From an uncultured virus (IMG/VR IMGVR_UViG_3300024520_000070) (lineage: Duplodnaviria > Heunggongvirae > Uroviricota > Caudoviricetes), in IMG/VR virus record IMGVR_UViG_3300024520_000070: 64,000 nt of DNA; one strand, given 5' to 3'. The stretch's first letter is position 1. Every line of letters starts with the position of its first letter. Made by a program: the position numbers and the translations under genes. Positions 18,259 to 28,348 of the stretch are shown here, one piece after another. The notes below the pieces were generated by a model. The model saw only the letters and a program-made list of their open reading frames with translations, ran no database searches and was not told the origin of the DNA.

Positions 18259-19745
18259 TGAGAACAGACGATGATACAGATATAATAACTATTGTAGGAA
18301 CTGAAATAGATGGGTTAATGACTGCTTTATTATTGAAGCACAATTTTCCTACTAAGCTGATTAAAGTGATACATGGGTTTGAGGATTGGGAATGTCGTAC
18401 TCCATCTCAAAGTTCCGGTTACATGTTTAAAGAACAATTTTTAAATAGACTTAATCTCAATGAGCATGACTTCATGATCAAGACAGATGCTACTTATACT
18501 GCTGGCTCATATTACAGTGGGTTCGGTAAAATAGATTTTCCAAATCACTTAGGTTCTTATCCTTTATTCTATTCCCATAATGAATACCATTGTTTCCAGG
18601 GATATATCTTAGGTTGGAAACAACTTAAAAATAAATGGTTAGCTCCTAATCATTTTTATGATGGAGATATTCCATTGATACAAGATAATTTCCCCATGTC
18701 TTATACATTTGATACAGCTAAGTTTAGAGACTATCTGTTGGAAATTTGTGAACTGAATGGAGTATACATTGATAAAGCTATATACACACGAGTAGAATTA
18801 GATAATCATCAGCAAATTAAAAGACTACATGGCACAGATGGAAATTATTATACGTCTGACTGGTGGATTGATAATACTGGTCCACGTAGGCTTCTATCTT
18901 CTTTTATAGATTTTAAATGGAAGAGTTGGGAAGCACATACTCCAGCTTCAAGTCATATTTATTTTGAAACCCCTGCAATGGAAGAATATAATTTATTTAC
19001 TTTTTATAAGGCGTTAGATATTGGTTACCTGTGGCGTGCTCCTTTGTATGGTAGAACGGCAAACGGTATTACTCATAATTATGAATTACAATCTAAGAAT
19101 GGACCTGATATCCATAAGGTATTAGAGAAAATATATAAACATCCAATTGAATACAAAGTTAAGTCCAATAAATATCCTGTAGGTTGTTTTGATAAGATGT
19201 GGAATGGTAATATAATACTGATAGGTCAAAGTAGTTCTTTGCTAGAACCCCTAGAAGGTTTAAATGTAATGCTTAGTTTATTACAAACTAATTGTCTTAT
19301 TAATGCATTGCCCAGCAAAGATAAGAAATCTGTTAATGAAGACTACAATGATTTAATGGACAATATTTTATCTTATGTTCAAATGCATTACCTTACTCAA
19401 AGAAAAGAACCTTTTTGGAAAAAAGAAATAAAACAAACAGATTTTTTAAAAGAAATGTTACCTCGTTGGCAAGTTAGATTACCTAGAGACAGGGATTTTA
19501 CTCATCGGTTAAAGATGTTTGGACCTCTTTCTTTCATTAATTTAATTGCAGGACTAGACTTATATACCAAAGCACGCTATGAAGAGGAGGCAAGATTATA
19601 CTCCTACGGTCAAAGGGTTTGGATAAGTAAGGAATTAAAGAAGACGAAAGACTGGGAGGAGAGCTGTTTAAGAATATCTCATAAAGAAATGCTTAAATTA
19701 ATTCATACCAAAAACCTAAAGAACACTGAAAGGACAATATATTAA
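18258..19745 (+). CDS. tryptophan-halogenase-like flavoprotein (degenerate motifs)
   Basis: DATY, YTFD, WIDNTG.RRLL, GYLWRAPL, LEPLEG, HY..R.EPFW; TAATG coupling. Confidence 0.75.
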   Translation: MRTDDDTDIITIVGTEIDGLMTALLLKHNFPTKLIKVIHGFEDWECRTPSQSSGYMFKEQFLNRLNLNEHDFMIKTDATYTAGSYYSGFGKIDFPNHLGSYPLFYSHNEYHCFQGYILGWKQLKNKWLAPNHFYDGDIPLIQDNFPMSYTFDTAKFRDYLLEICELNGVYIDKAIYTRVELDNHQQIKRLHGTDGNYYTSDWWIDNTGPRRLLSSFIDFKWKSWEAHTPASSHIYFETPAMEEYNLFTFYKALDIGYLWRAPLYGRTANGITHNYELQSKNGPDIHKVLEKIYKHPIEYKVKSNKYPVGCFDKMWNGNIILIGQSSSLLEPLEGLNVMLSLLQTNCLINALPSKDKKSVNEDYNDLMDNILSYVQMHYLTQRKEPFWKKEIKQTDFLKEMLPRWQVRLPRDRDFTHRLKMFGPLSFINLIAGLDLYTKARYEEEARLYSYGQRVWISKELKKTKDWEESCLRISHKEMLKLIHTKNLKNTERTIY

Positions 19746-20365
19746 TGAGAGACCCTAAAGATAATGGAGTTTATCCATTATTTCCAACCCCTGTTCTACA
19801 GGCAAATAAAATTTATATACCTACTAAAAAAGAACTAAAGTTTATACATGAGTTAAAGAGACGTCCTAATACAGGTAATAATTATAGTTCTCTCAATGGC
19901 TATGCCTTAGAGTCTAAAGAATTGGTTAAGATGAAACAAGCTATGCAGGGGATGTTGAATAGCTATACTCATGAATTATTAAAGATAAAAGACCACACTA
20001 AATTTGTAATTACTCAAAGCTGGTTTAATTATAACCCACCAGGTAGTTTTCATCATCGACACTGGCACGCCAATAGTTTATTTTCAGGGACATATTATAT
20101 TACAGATAACAACCCTAAGATATTTTTTGATAAACCCCAGGCTCTTACAGGCGGCATTGAATACGAATTTAAAGAAATAGATATGATGAACTGTAGTGAC
20201 TTTAGCATAGAGCCTCCTCAGTATTCTGCTTTATTCTTTCCTTCTTATTTACCTCATTCTGTAGAACCTAATAAGTCTAAACAGGAACGAGTATCCCTAT
20301 CCTTCAATACTTTTATGAGAGGCTCTCTTGGAACGGATTTTAGAAAGACTCATTTAGTAATATGA
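19745..20365 (+). CDS. Fe(II)/2OG-dependent oxygenase (TIGR02466-like)
   Basis: LFPTPV, QSWFN, HWHANSLFSGTYY, FPSYLPHSV, RVSLSFN. Confidence 0.85.
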   Translation: MRDPKDNGVYPLFPTPVLQANKIYIPTKKELKFIHELKRRPNTGNNYSSLNGYALESKELVKMKQAMQGMLNSYTHELLKIKDHTKFVITQSWFNYNPPGSFHHRHWHANSLFSGTYYITDNNPKIFFDKPQALTGGIEYEFKEIDMMNCSDFSIEPPQYSALFFPSYLPHSVEPNKSKQERVSLSFNTFMRGSLGTDFRKTHLVI

Positions 20366-20898
20366 AACATAAGGCCATACAAACCTATATGTTTTTATCC
20401 GCAATAAAGGATTATAAAAAACATAATAAAAAAATACTTAAGTATATAGAAGAGATGAACGCCCCTGTCCGTCAAAATTCTGAGGAACTAATTAGTCAAT
20501 CAGATTGGAAAGTATCTAAAAAAGCTAAAAGAAAATATTTAGATTATTTTTATAAATTAGTTCCCCCTCATATGGATGCCATATCTAAAAAATTAAAACT
20601 AACTCAATGGAATATAACCAATGGTTGGTTTCAAAAATATGAACCAGGAGATTATCATAGCTGGCACGTACACCCAGAGAGTAGTTGGGCTAATGTTTAT
20701 TACATACAAGACGGAGGACCACAAACAGAAACTCAATTATACGATCCCATTCTTAATCAGACCTATGCTATTCCAATGGAAGAGGGACAAGTATTAACCT
20801 TCCCTGGAAATATTATTCATCAGTCTCCTATTAACATGGGGGTTAAAACTAAAATCGTTATTTCTTTTAACTCTAACTTTTGGAACTATGAAATATAA
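20362..20898 (+). CDS. Fe(II)/2OG-dependent oxygenase
   Basis: WFQKY..HSWHVH, EGQVLTFP..HQSP, KIVISFN. Confidence 0.85.
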   Translation: MKHKAIQTYMFLSAIKDYKKHNKKILKYIEEMNAPVRQNSEELISQSDWKVSKKAKRKYLDYFYKLVPPHMDAISKKLKLTQWNITNGWFQKYEPGDYHSWHVHPESSWANVYYIQDGGPQTETQLYDPILNQTYAIPMEEGQVLTFPGNIIHQSPINMGVKTKIVISFNSNFWNYEI

Positions 20899-21526
20899 AA
20901 AAGTATCTCCCCCTAATTCTGGTTGGTTAGAAATACAACTCGAGGACAATGTCATCAAAGGTTTAAATGGTTATATCGCTACAGCTCAGAAAAAGAGATA
21001 TAATAAAGAGTTAGCTGGTAACATCACTCGTTCCCATTTAATGCCGGATAAAGATGACTGGTTTTTTAACTCTACTCTAGGTCCAGCTATTCTAGAATAT
21101 CAAAAAGCATTCTCTCCTCATACTGTTGTCCCTTCTATTTTAACTAAGAATCATAACTACATTTTAGAAAGATTATGGTGTAATTTTCAAAAACGATATG
21201 AGTTTAATCCAGTGCATGATCATAAAGGGGTTTTTTCCTTTGTGGTATTTATGAAGATACCTACAGACTTTAGAAAAGAGCACGAGCTTCCTTTTATAAA
21301 GGATTCTAATAATCGTTTAGCCTCGTCTTTTTCTTTTTATTATATGGATATGTTGGGACGTCTTAATCCTCATTATTATCATTTAGATAAGGAGGCAGAA
21401 GGAAGAATGTTATTCTTTCCTGCAGCTTTAAAACATACGGTATATCCTTTTTATACTTCTACTAAAGATAGAATTACTGTAGCTGGGAATATATCTTTAG
21501 ATTCGGATCAGCCCATTGATACCTAG
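20888..21526 (+). CDS. Fe(II)/2OG-dependent oxygenase
   Basis: WCNFQ..EFNPVHDH, FFPAALKHTVYPF, RITVAGN. Confidence 0.85.
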   Translation: MKYKKVSPPNSGWLEIQLEDNVIKGLNGYIATAQKKRYNKELAGNITRSHLMPDKDDWFFNSTLGPAILEYQKAFSPHTVVPSILTKNHNYILERLWCNFQKRYEFNPVHDHKGVFSFVVFMKIPTDFRKEHELPFIKDSNNRLASSFSFYYMDMLGRLNPHYYHLDKEAEGRMLFFPAALKHTVYPFYTSTKDRITVAGNISLDSDQPIDT

Positions 21527-22064
21527 ACTAGAAGACTTTATATATAAAGAGAAACTGATACCGGAAGGTTTATGTGTAAGAATCATGAATGCATTTCCTG
21601 ATTTTAAGTGGACTACCCATACCTGGTATAATACTGTCAGTGGAAATACTGGATCGCATGATTCCAAAGAATTAGAAGTGGTTCCTGCAGACAAAGAATT
21701 CCACGATCAGTTATCTCCTTTTGTTATTCAGGCTTTAGATGAGTATCAAGATAAGCTTAAACAAAAAATTATTCATAAAATAAATCCAATAAGATTTAAT
21801 AGATATCCTACTGGCAGTATGATGAGGAGACACTTCGATCATATCCATGATATCTTTGATGGGGTAGACAGGGGCATTCCTATTTTATCTATAGTGGGCG
21901 CTTTAAATAATGACTATGAAGGAGGAGAATTCTGTCTCGGCCCGCATACTTTCAAGATGGAGCAAGGAGATATTTTATTATTTCCTTCTTCTTTTGTGTA
22001 TCCTCATCATGTTAATGAGATAACAAAGGGCACACGTTGTACTTTTGTCTCGTGGGCATATTGA
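21516..22064 (+). CDS. Fe(II)/2OG oxygenase, prolyl-4-hydroxylase-like
   Basis: HFDH, LNNDYEGGEF, FPSSFVYPHHV..ITKGTR. Confidence 0.85.
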   Translation: MIPRLEDFIYKEKLIPEGLCVRIMNAFPDFKWTTHTWYNTVSGNTGSHDSKELEVVPADKEFHDQLSPFVIQALDEYQDKLKQKIIHKINPIRFNRYPTGSMMRRHFDHIHDIFDGVDRGIPILSIVGALNNDYEGGEFCLGPHTFKMEQGDILLFPSSFVYPHHVNEITKGTRCTFVSWAY

Positions 22065-22582
22065 TGAAACTTAGAGATAATTTTCTTCCAGAGGATGAGC
22101 TTTTAAAACTTCAACAGGTTATGATGAGTAATACTTTTCCCTGGTACTATAATTCATTTAAGGTTAATAATGATGCTTATGAACAGTCTAGATTAGATTA
22201 CTATCAATTTACTCATATCTTCTATAAGGATGGGAAAGAGATGAGTTATTTAATTAAACTCTTACAACCCATCTTTGATAAATTAAATGTAAAAACATTA
22301 GTTAAGGTTAAGGCCAATTGCAATCCATATACTCCAGAAAAATTATCGTTTCCTTTTCATACGGATGTAAAAAAGCCTGAGGGAATAACAACTAATATAT
22401 TCTTTTTAAATACTACTAATGCTGAGACTTTTTTAAAAACAGGAGAAAAAGCTGTTGGCATTGGGGAAAGTGTGGTAAATAAAGAGAACCGGATGTTAAG
22501 TTTTCCGGCGACAATAGAGCATTCAGGGAGCACCTGCACCGATGCAAAAGCTCGGTTTTTAATCAATATAAACTACGTCTAG
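22064..22582 (+). CDS. Fe(II)/2OG-dependent oxygenase
   Basis: TGATG coupling; FPWYY, QFTH, FHTD, NRMLSF..HSGST, RFLININY. Confidence 0.8.
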   Translation: MKLRDNFLPEDELLKLQQVMMSNTFPWYYNSFKVNNDAYEQSRLDYYQFTHIFYKDGKEMSYLIKLLQPIFDKLNVKTLVKVKANCNPYTPEKLSFPFHTDVKKPEGITTNIFFLNTTNAETFLKTGEKAVGIGESVVNKENRMLSFPATIEHSGSTCTDAKARFLININYV

Positions 22583-22608
22583 ACTATTTAAAAAATAGCC
22601 TATATAGT
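22580..22608 (+). promoter_or_regulatory. sigma70-like promoter restarting the tail operon
   Basis: TAGACT-17 nt-TATAGT. Confidence 0.45.
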
Positions 22609-22616
22609 GAGAAATT

Positions 22617-24575
22617 ATGCTACAGAAACTAAAATTTGTACCAGGATTTAATAAACAAGCCACCGAGTCTGGCGCTGAAGGTCAGTGGGTAGACGGAGAT
22701 TTTATTAGATTTAGATATGGATTACCTGAGAAAATAGGTGGATGGCAACAATTAACTAACCCCACTTATACATTACCGGGAGTCGCTAGATCTCAACACG
22801 CATTCACAAGCTTAGCTGGTGAAAAATATGTAGCTATTGGAACTAATAAAGTCTTGTTCGTGTATTACGCGGACCAAGTATTTGATATTACCCCTTTAAA
22901 AACAGCTTTAACTTCAGCTACTTTCACAGCTTCTTCAGGGAGTGCAACTGTGACTGTTAATAAAACTTCTCACGGTTTATCCGCTGGAGATTATATAACT
23001 TTTGAAACAGTTACCGTCCCGACAGGTTCTGGATGGGCGACCACTGATTTTAGTGATAATGGCTTTGAAATATCTGCCATTGCTACTAATACATTCGCTA
23101 TTGAAATGCCAACGGTATCTGGTGGAACTACCACAGGGACCGGTTCAGCAAGCATTCTTCCCTACGAAACTGTAGGACCTACTTTTCAAACTTATGGTTA
23201 TGGCTGGGGTACCTATCTATGGGGTGATTCTACTTGGGGTACGGAACGTACAACAAGTGATGTAGTTCTAGATCCAGGCCTCTGGAGCCTAGACAACTAT
23301 GGACAAGTATTAATTGCTACCATTCGTAATGGTAAAACTTTCACATGGAACGCAGGCGCTGCTAATGCTAGAACCATTAGAGCTTCTACAGCTACAACAA
23401 GTTATTTAACGTCGAATAATCCGACAGCCTCTCTTATGACCTTAGTGTCAGATAGAGACAGACATTTATTTCACTTAGGAACTGAGACTACTATTGGTAC
23501 ACCCGCAACTCAAGACCCTATGTTTGTAAGATTTTCTAATCAAGAAGATTTAAATACTTATTTACCCACAGCTACTAATACAGCTGGAACCTTCCGACTA
23601 GATTCTGGTAACACAATCAGAGCCGCAATAGCCGGTAAGGACTATGTTTTAATTTTAACAGATACAGCAGCTTATGTAACTCAATATGTAGGTCCACCAT
23701 ACACATTTAGTCTTAGACAAGTTGGAACTAATTGCGGATGCATCGGACCCAATGCAGCTATCGCAGCCGACGGAGCAGTCTATTGGATGGGAGACGCTGG
23801 AGGATTTTATAGATATGATGGTACTGTTAAAACAATTGATTGTTTAGTAGAAGATTTTGTATTTGAGAGCACTGGAACTAATTTAGGAATTAATTATGAT
23901 TCCAATTTAATAGTAGCTGCAAGTCACAATAGTTTGTTCACTGAGATAAACTGGTTCTATCCAAAATCTGGCTCTACACAAATTGATAGATCCGTTACTT
24001 ATAATTATGGAGAGAATATATGGACTGTTTCCTCATTAGCTAGAACAAGTTACATTGATGCTACCATTTTCAATCTTCCACATGCTACAGAATATGATGC
24101 TACAGCTACTCCTACCTATCCTATTTATGGAGCGACAGCTTTGGCGGGATCCAGCATGTACTATGCACAAGAAACAGGTACTGATCAGGTCAATAGTTCA
24201 GGCACTACTTCTATTAATGCCTTCATTAGGTCTGGTGATTATGATATTACTTCTAAAAAAAGTATGATGGGAACACCCACAGGGGTCGTAGACTTTAGAG
24301 GAGATGGAGAATACTTTATGTCCGTCAGTCGAATTATCCCTGATTTTAAATACTTATCTGGAAATGCGAAGATGACTTTATATGTAAGTTCTTACCCTGA
24401 TGACACAGCTGTAAGTTCTTCATTAGGTCCCTTTACAGTTACCTCTTCTACTGCTAAAGTAAATACTAGAGCCAGAGGAAGATTGGTTTCAATCAATATT
24501 GCTAACGACGCCACAGGTGAAACTTGGCGATATGGAACATTAAGATTAGACGCACAAGCGGACGGAAGAAGATAA
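22617..24575 (+). CDS. tail hub/DNA stabilisation protein (P22 gp10-like)
   Basis: 652 aa beta-rich; RFRYGLPEKIGGW, VRFSNQED, AVYWMG, RARGR, WRYGTLRLD. Confidence 0.75.
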   Translation: MLQKLKFVPGFNKQATESGAEGQWVDGDFIRFRYGLPEKIGGWQQLTNPTYTLPGVARSQHAFTSLAGEKYVAIGTNKVLFVYYADQVFDITPLKTALTSATFTASSGSATVTVNKTSHGLSAGDYITFETVTVPTGSGWATTDFSDNGFEISAIATNTFAIEMPTVSGGTTTGTGSASILPYETVGPTFQTYGYGWGTYLWGDSTWGTERTTSDVVLDPGLWSLDNYGQVLIATIRNGKTFTWNAGAANARTIRASTATTSYLTSNNPTASLMTLVSDRDRHLFHLGTETTIGTPATQDPMFVRFSNQEDLNTYLPTATNTAGTFRLDSGNTIRAAIAGKDYVLILTDTAAYVTQYVGPPYTFSLRQVGTNCGCIGPNAAIAADGAVYWMGDAGGFYRYDGTVKTIDCLVEDFVFESTGTNLGINYDSNLIVAASHNSLFTEINWFYPKSGSTQIDRSVTYNYGENIWTVSSLARTSYIDATIFNLPHATEYDATATPTYPIYGATALAGSSMYYAQETGTDQVNSSGTTSINAFIRSGDYDITSKKSMMGTPTGVVDFRGDGEYFMSVSRIIPDFKYLSGNAKMTLYVSSYPDDTAVSSSLGPFTVTSSTAKVNTRARGRLVSINIANDATGETWRYGTLRLDAQADGRR

Positions 24576-25765
24576 TGCCATTTCAGTCAGAAAAACAAAG
24601 AAGATATTTATGGGCCAACGAGCCAGAGATAGCTCGTGATTGGACCGATACTTATGGAAGTAGAATCGAATCTAATACAGGTGGAATTACTAGACTAGGT
24701 TATGCTCAAGGAGATTCTATTCGCCCTGTTGATGATGGCCCTGTTTATAGAGTAAATGAAGAAGAGGTGGAGGAAGAAAATCCTTTAGAAAAATTTATGA
24801 GATTTATGCAAGGCAATGCAGGGAATTTAAGCCAAGCTGATATTGATGCCAATACAAAGTTTTTACAAAATTATGGTGTAGGTGGTGGTAACATATCATT
24901 TGCACAAAACAATCCATATCAAATGACAAGCGGACCATTCCAAGGAATGAATGCACCAGGAAGTTCTGCATTTGGTTCTACGACTCCACAAGAGATGGCA
25001 CAGAAGTGGATGAAGAAATATGGAGACATAGATCATTATAGTGATGCAATGAAAACTAAGAAAGCAAACATTTCAAAAATTGCTCAAGGCAATCAAGGAA
25101 ATAATACGGGAGTAGGCTATCAGCATCCAGGAAGTAAAGAATCTATAGCAACTGCTGGAGATCCTATGGCACAAGGTGGAATAATGAGATTAGGTTATGC
25201 TCAAGGTAATCCTCATCAAGATCAAGACCAAGGACTAGGTATGTCGCCGGGAGCAGCTCAAGCAAGAGGACTAGGCGCTCTCCATCATGGCTCAACTACA
25301 TCTGGAAATTTACACGCAGGAAATGTGGGTGGAGGAAATAATCAAGGTCAAGGTCCAACCCTAGATATTTCTGATGTAATTGAAACATTTGACAAAGGTA
25401 AAAACGCCCTGAGTCTAATAAAGTTATTTAAGGATCAGGGTCCAATGGGACTTCTACCTTGGGGTATGCAAAAAGGAAAACAATGGTTTGATAAAAAATA
25501 TAATATAAATCCGGATCAAAGTATAATTTACGGGATAGGAAACAACCAAAGTAATCTACAAGACACAGAGGAGCTAGAAGGCCAATTAGCTTTTACAGAG
25601 GGTAGTATCCTAGATAAAAAATTAAAGAACGCATTCAATTCTTATAACCAAACTGGTTTCGGTTTAGAGAATGTACAACAGTTAATGAAACTGGATAAAC
25701 AAAATCAAGAGAAGAAAGGAACACCTCTTTCTTTACCAGCATCGGCATACTCATTGATATCGTAA
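24575..25765 (+). CDS. putative internal virion protein with a duplicated GGIxRLGYAQG motif
   Basis: TAATG coupling; begins MPFQSEKQRRYLWANEPEIARDW. Confidence 0.7.
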   Translation: MPFQSEKQRRYLWANEPEIARDWTDTYGSRIESNTGGITRLGYAQGDSIRPVDDGPVYRVNEEEVEEENPLEKFMRFMQGNAGNLSQADIDANTKFLQNYGVGGGNISFAQNNPYQMTSGPFQGMNAPGSSAFGSTTPQEMAQKWMKKYGDIDHYSDAMKTKKANISKIAQGNQGNNTGVGYQHPGSKESIATAGDPMAQGGIMRLGYAQGNPHQDQDQGLGMSPGAAQARGLGALHHGSTTSGNLHAGNVGGGNNQGQGPTLDISDVIETFDKGKNALSLIKLFKDQGPMGLLPWGMQKGKQWFDKKYNINPDQSIIYGIGNNQSNLQDTEELEGQLAFTEGSILDKKLKNAFNSYNQTGFGLENVQQLMKLDKQNQEKKGTPLSLPASAYSLIS

Positions 25766-25929
25766 TGGCAAAGATAACAGCATACATACCTGAACCACAG
25801 GAAGAGTATAAGGTGGAGAACCAGAGACAAGTTCTAGAAGCTCTCGACACAGTTAAAACACAATTAAATTTTTCATTTCAACAAGACATGAAAAACGAAC
25901 AGGACGCATTTAATTATTTCTTATCATGA
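25765..25929 (+). CDS. small hypothetical tail-module protein (54 aa)
   Basis: Not in the ORF track; TAATG and ATGA couplings; MAKITAYIPEPQEEYKVENQRQ...AFNYFLS. Confidence 0.7.
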   Translation: MAKITAYIPEPQEEYKVENQRQVLEALDTVKTQLNFSFQQDMKNEQDAFNYFLS

Positions 25930-26267
25930 GTATACAATATAAAAATAAAAGCATAGCTTTAACAAACACTGCTCTAACGACGGTCCTTACTATTAGTACC
26001 TCAGCCGTGGCCATAGTTAAAAGTTGCTATTTTTCTAATGCAAGTACCGGAACTATACTATGTAATGCCAGCCTTTATGATCTTTCAGCTACTACTAATT
26101 ATGAATTTTTTAGAGATAATATTTTGTCTAGTTCGGTAGTAAATGCCACAGTTCAAGGGTTGAATTTAGAAGCAGGAGATGCTATAAAAGCTCAAGCTGC
26201 AACAGCTAATGAACTTACTGTTGTATGCAACTATGCGCTTATAAATAGGGAGAATGAAAATGGTTGA
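25926..26267 (+). CDS. small beta-rich virion protein
   Basis: LNLEAGDAIKAQA motif; coupled start. Confidence 0.65.
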   Translation: MSIQYKNKSIALTNTALTTVLTISTSAVAIVKSCYFSNASTGTILCNASLYDLSATTNYEFFRDNILSSSVVNATVQGLNLEAGDAIKAQAATANELTVVCNYALINRENENG

Positions 26268-26448
26268 GATAACTAAAATAGATTGCACAACTGTAATCAC
26301 TTATAGAAATACAAAAACCGGAGAGACTTCTTTGGAGAAGAAAGAAGGGCCTGATATAGTACAAGACTGTGCTGTAACAGTGTCCCCTAAAGGAATGAAT
26401 GCTATACAGAAAGTAATGCTTAAAGATGAAGATAACAAATCAAAGTGA
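26260..26448 (+). CDS. hypothetical protein
   Basis: GGGAG SD; YRNTKTGE motif. Confidence 0.6.
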   Translation: MVEITKIDCTTVITYRNTKTGETSLEKKEGPDIVQDCAVTVSPKGMNAIQKVMLKDEDNKSK

Positions 26449-27394
26449 TCCGTTAAGACCAAAATCACCTAGAGGTGGAACAGAACTACAGCTCGATTAT
26501 TTAAAAAGAAATGTAGATTTTAAATTATTGGAAGAAGTACAGATTTGTACATCTGTGCCTGAACGAGTTCCTTTGCATAAGGATAAAGTTAATATTCTAT
26601 GGCAGAAAAATTCATGGGACCAACCTAATTTAAATCCCTGGTTTAGTGATAAAAGTAATCACCATAAATATGACTGGTATGTTTTCAATAGTCATTGGAA
26701 CTATGAACAGTTTAGAAAAAAATTTGATATACCCACGCATAGATGTGTGGTTATTAAGAATGGAATCAGTGGTATCCAAAGAGCACCTGCATATAAAAAA
26801 GGTCAAGCCATTAAAATAATTCATCATAACACACCCTGGAGAGGACTCTCAGTTCTATTGGGAGCCATGCAGTTGGTTAAGAATCCTTTAATAACTTTAG
26901 ATGTGTATTCTTCTACAAGGGTTTATGGAGAACACTTTTTTAATGAAACAGATAAAGATTACCAAGAGTTATATTTGCAGGCTACAAAATTACCTAATGT
27001 TAATTACATAGGTTATCAACCCAATGAACATATTAAAGACAATTTAGAACAATATCAAATGTATGTATATCCATCTATCTTTGAAGAAACTTTTTGTATC
27101 TCTTTATTAGAATGTATGGCCGCAGGTATATTTTGTATAGTTAATGACTTCGGTGCGTTATATGAAACAGGAGCCGAGTTTCCTTTGTATGTTCCATACG
27201 AAAATGATCATAGGGTGATGGCTCAAAAGTTTGCTTTTGCTATAGAACAAACAGCAAATAAATTACATGAAAATGAAGTTTTAAATCATTTAGAATCACA
27301 ATCTCATTATGCTAACATCTATTATGGATGGGGCAAGATAGGTACTACGTGGACTAAATTTTTAGAAGGAGCAATAAGTGCGAAAGCCCAATGA
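26426..27394 (+). CDS. glycosyltransferase, GT-B fold (group 1/GT4-like)
   Basis: GGTE, VFNSHW, IKNG, TPWRGL, YPSIFEETFCISLLECMAAG (EX7E), GALYET. Confidence 0.85.
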   Translation: MKITNQSDPLRPKSPRGGTELQLDYLKRNVDFKLLEEVQICTSVPERVPLHKDKVNILWQKNSWDQPNLNPWFSDKSNHHKYDWYVFNSHWNYEQFRKKFDIPTHRCVVIKNGISGIQRAPAYKKGQAIKIIHHNTPWRGLSVLLGAMQLVKNPLITLDVYSSTRVYGEHFFNETDKDYQELYLQATKLPNVNYIGYQPNEHIKDNLEQYQMYVYPSIFEETFCISLLECMAAGIFCIVNDFGALYETGAEFPLYVPYENDHRVMAQKFAFAIEQTANKLHENEVLNHLESQSHYANIYYGWGKIGTTWTKFLEGAISAKAQ

Positions 27395-28292
27395 GCCTAT
27401 ATGGTTTAATGAGGATACTTATCAAACCATCAAACAAAACAATACTAACTCTAGTGGCGCAGTAACTACTATTAATATAGGGGGTCAATCTCCTTATAAA
27501 GTAATGGTCTGTACTCCAGTTCATAGTGATGTGAGTATGCACTACTGCCAAGCAGTTTTAAAATTTCAACAAGAATGTCTCTTGAAAAAGATGTTAGTTA
27601 GTTTTACTCTAATGAAATCTTCTTTAGTTACACAGGGAAGAAATCTATGTGTAGCTGAAATGTTAAACCACGCAGATAAATATACTCATCTATTATTTAT
27701 AGATTCAGATATAGACTTTCAAAGTAAAACTATTTTCTCTATGCTAGAGAAAGACTTGGATCTTATTGCATGTCCTTACCCCATGAAGACTATTAGTTGG
27801 GACAAGATATGGAACAGAACCCATGACAGAGACAGAGCGGTTACTAATAAAGATGACCTATCTAAAGCAGGTTTTACATTTCCTTTAAAAGTAGAGAACC
27901 AGAAAGTCATTGAATCTAAGAAAGGAGTAGTAGAAGTTACGCATGCTCCGACTGGATGCATGTTAATTAAAAGAGAAGTACTAGAAAAAATGATGAAACA
28001 CTACCCTGAATTAGAGGTGTTCCAACCTACAATTATTAATGGAGAAGAAGTTAAAACTCCCCATACTTATAATCTTTTTGATACATTGCATGATCCTAAG
28101 ACTAAAAGATATTACGGTGAAGACTTTGGGTTCTGTCAACGATGGAGTGATATGGGTGGAAAAGTACATATTTATATTAAAGATTACATTACTCATGTCG
28201 GCGAGTATCAATACTGTGGTCGTTTCTGGGACGATCTATATCAAGGTACTCAACCCTTTAAACGTGTTGACGAAGATAAAAAAATCAAATAA
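27378..28292 (+). CDS. glycosyltransferase, GT-A fold
   Basis: VCTP, GRN, LLFIDSD (DxD), PTGCMLIKR, GEDFGFC, THVG. Confidence 0.8.
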   Translation: MRKPNEPIWFNEDTYQTIKQNNTNSSGAVTTINIGGQSPYKVMVCTPVHSDVSMHYCQAVLKFQQECLLKKMLVSFTLMKSSLVTQGRNLCVAEMLNHADKYTHLLFIDSDIDFQSKTIFSMLEKDLDLIACPYPMKTISWDKIWNRTHDRDRAVTNKDDLSKAGFTFPLKVENQKVIESKKGVVEVTHAPTGCMLIKREVLEKMMKHYPELEVFQPTIINGEEVKTPHTYNLFDTLHDPKTKRYYGEDFGFCQRWSDMGGKVHIYIKDYITHVGEYQYCGRFWDDLYQGTQPFKRVDEDKKIK

Positions 28293-28295
28293 AGT
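28267..28295 (+). promoter_or_regulatory. sigma70-like promoter for the internal-protein operon
   Basis: TTGACG-17 nt-TAAAGT. Confidence 0.45.
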
Positions 28296-28348
28296 GTGAT
28301 AATTCAGGACAATAAGGCCTGCACTCAAACACCAATTGCGACATAATT

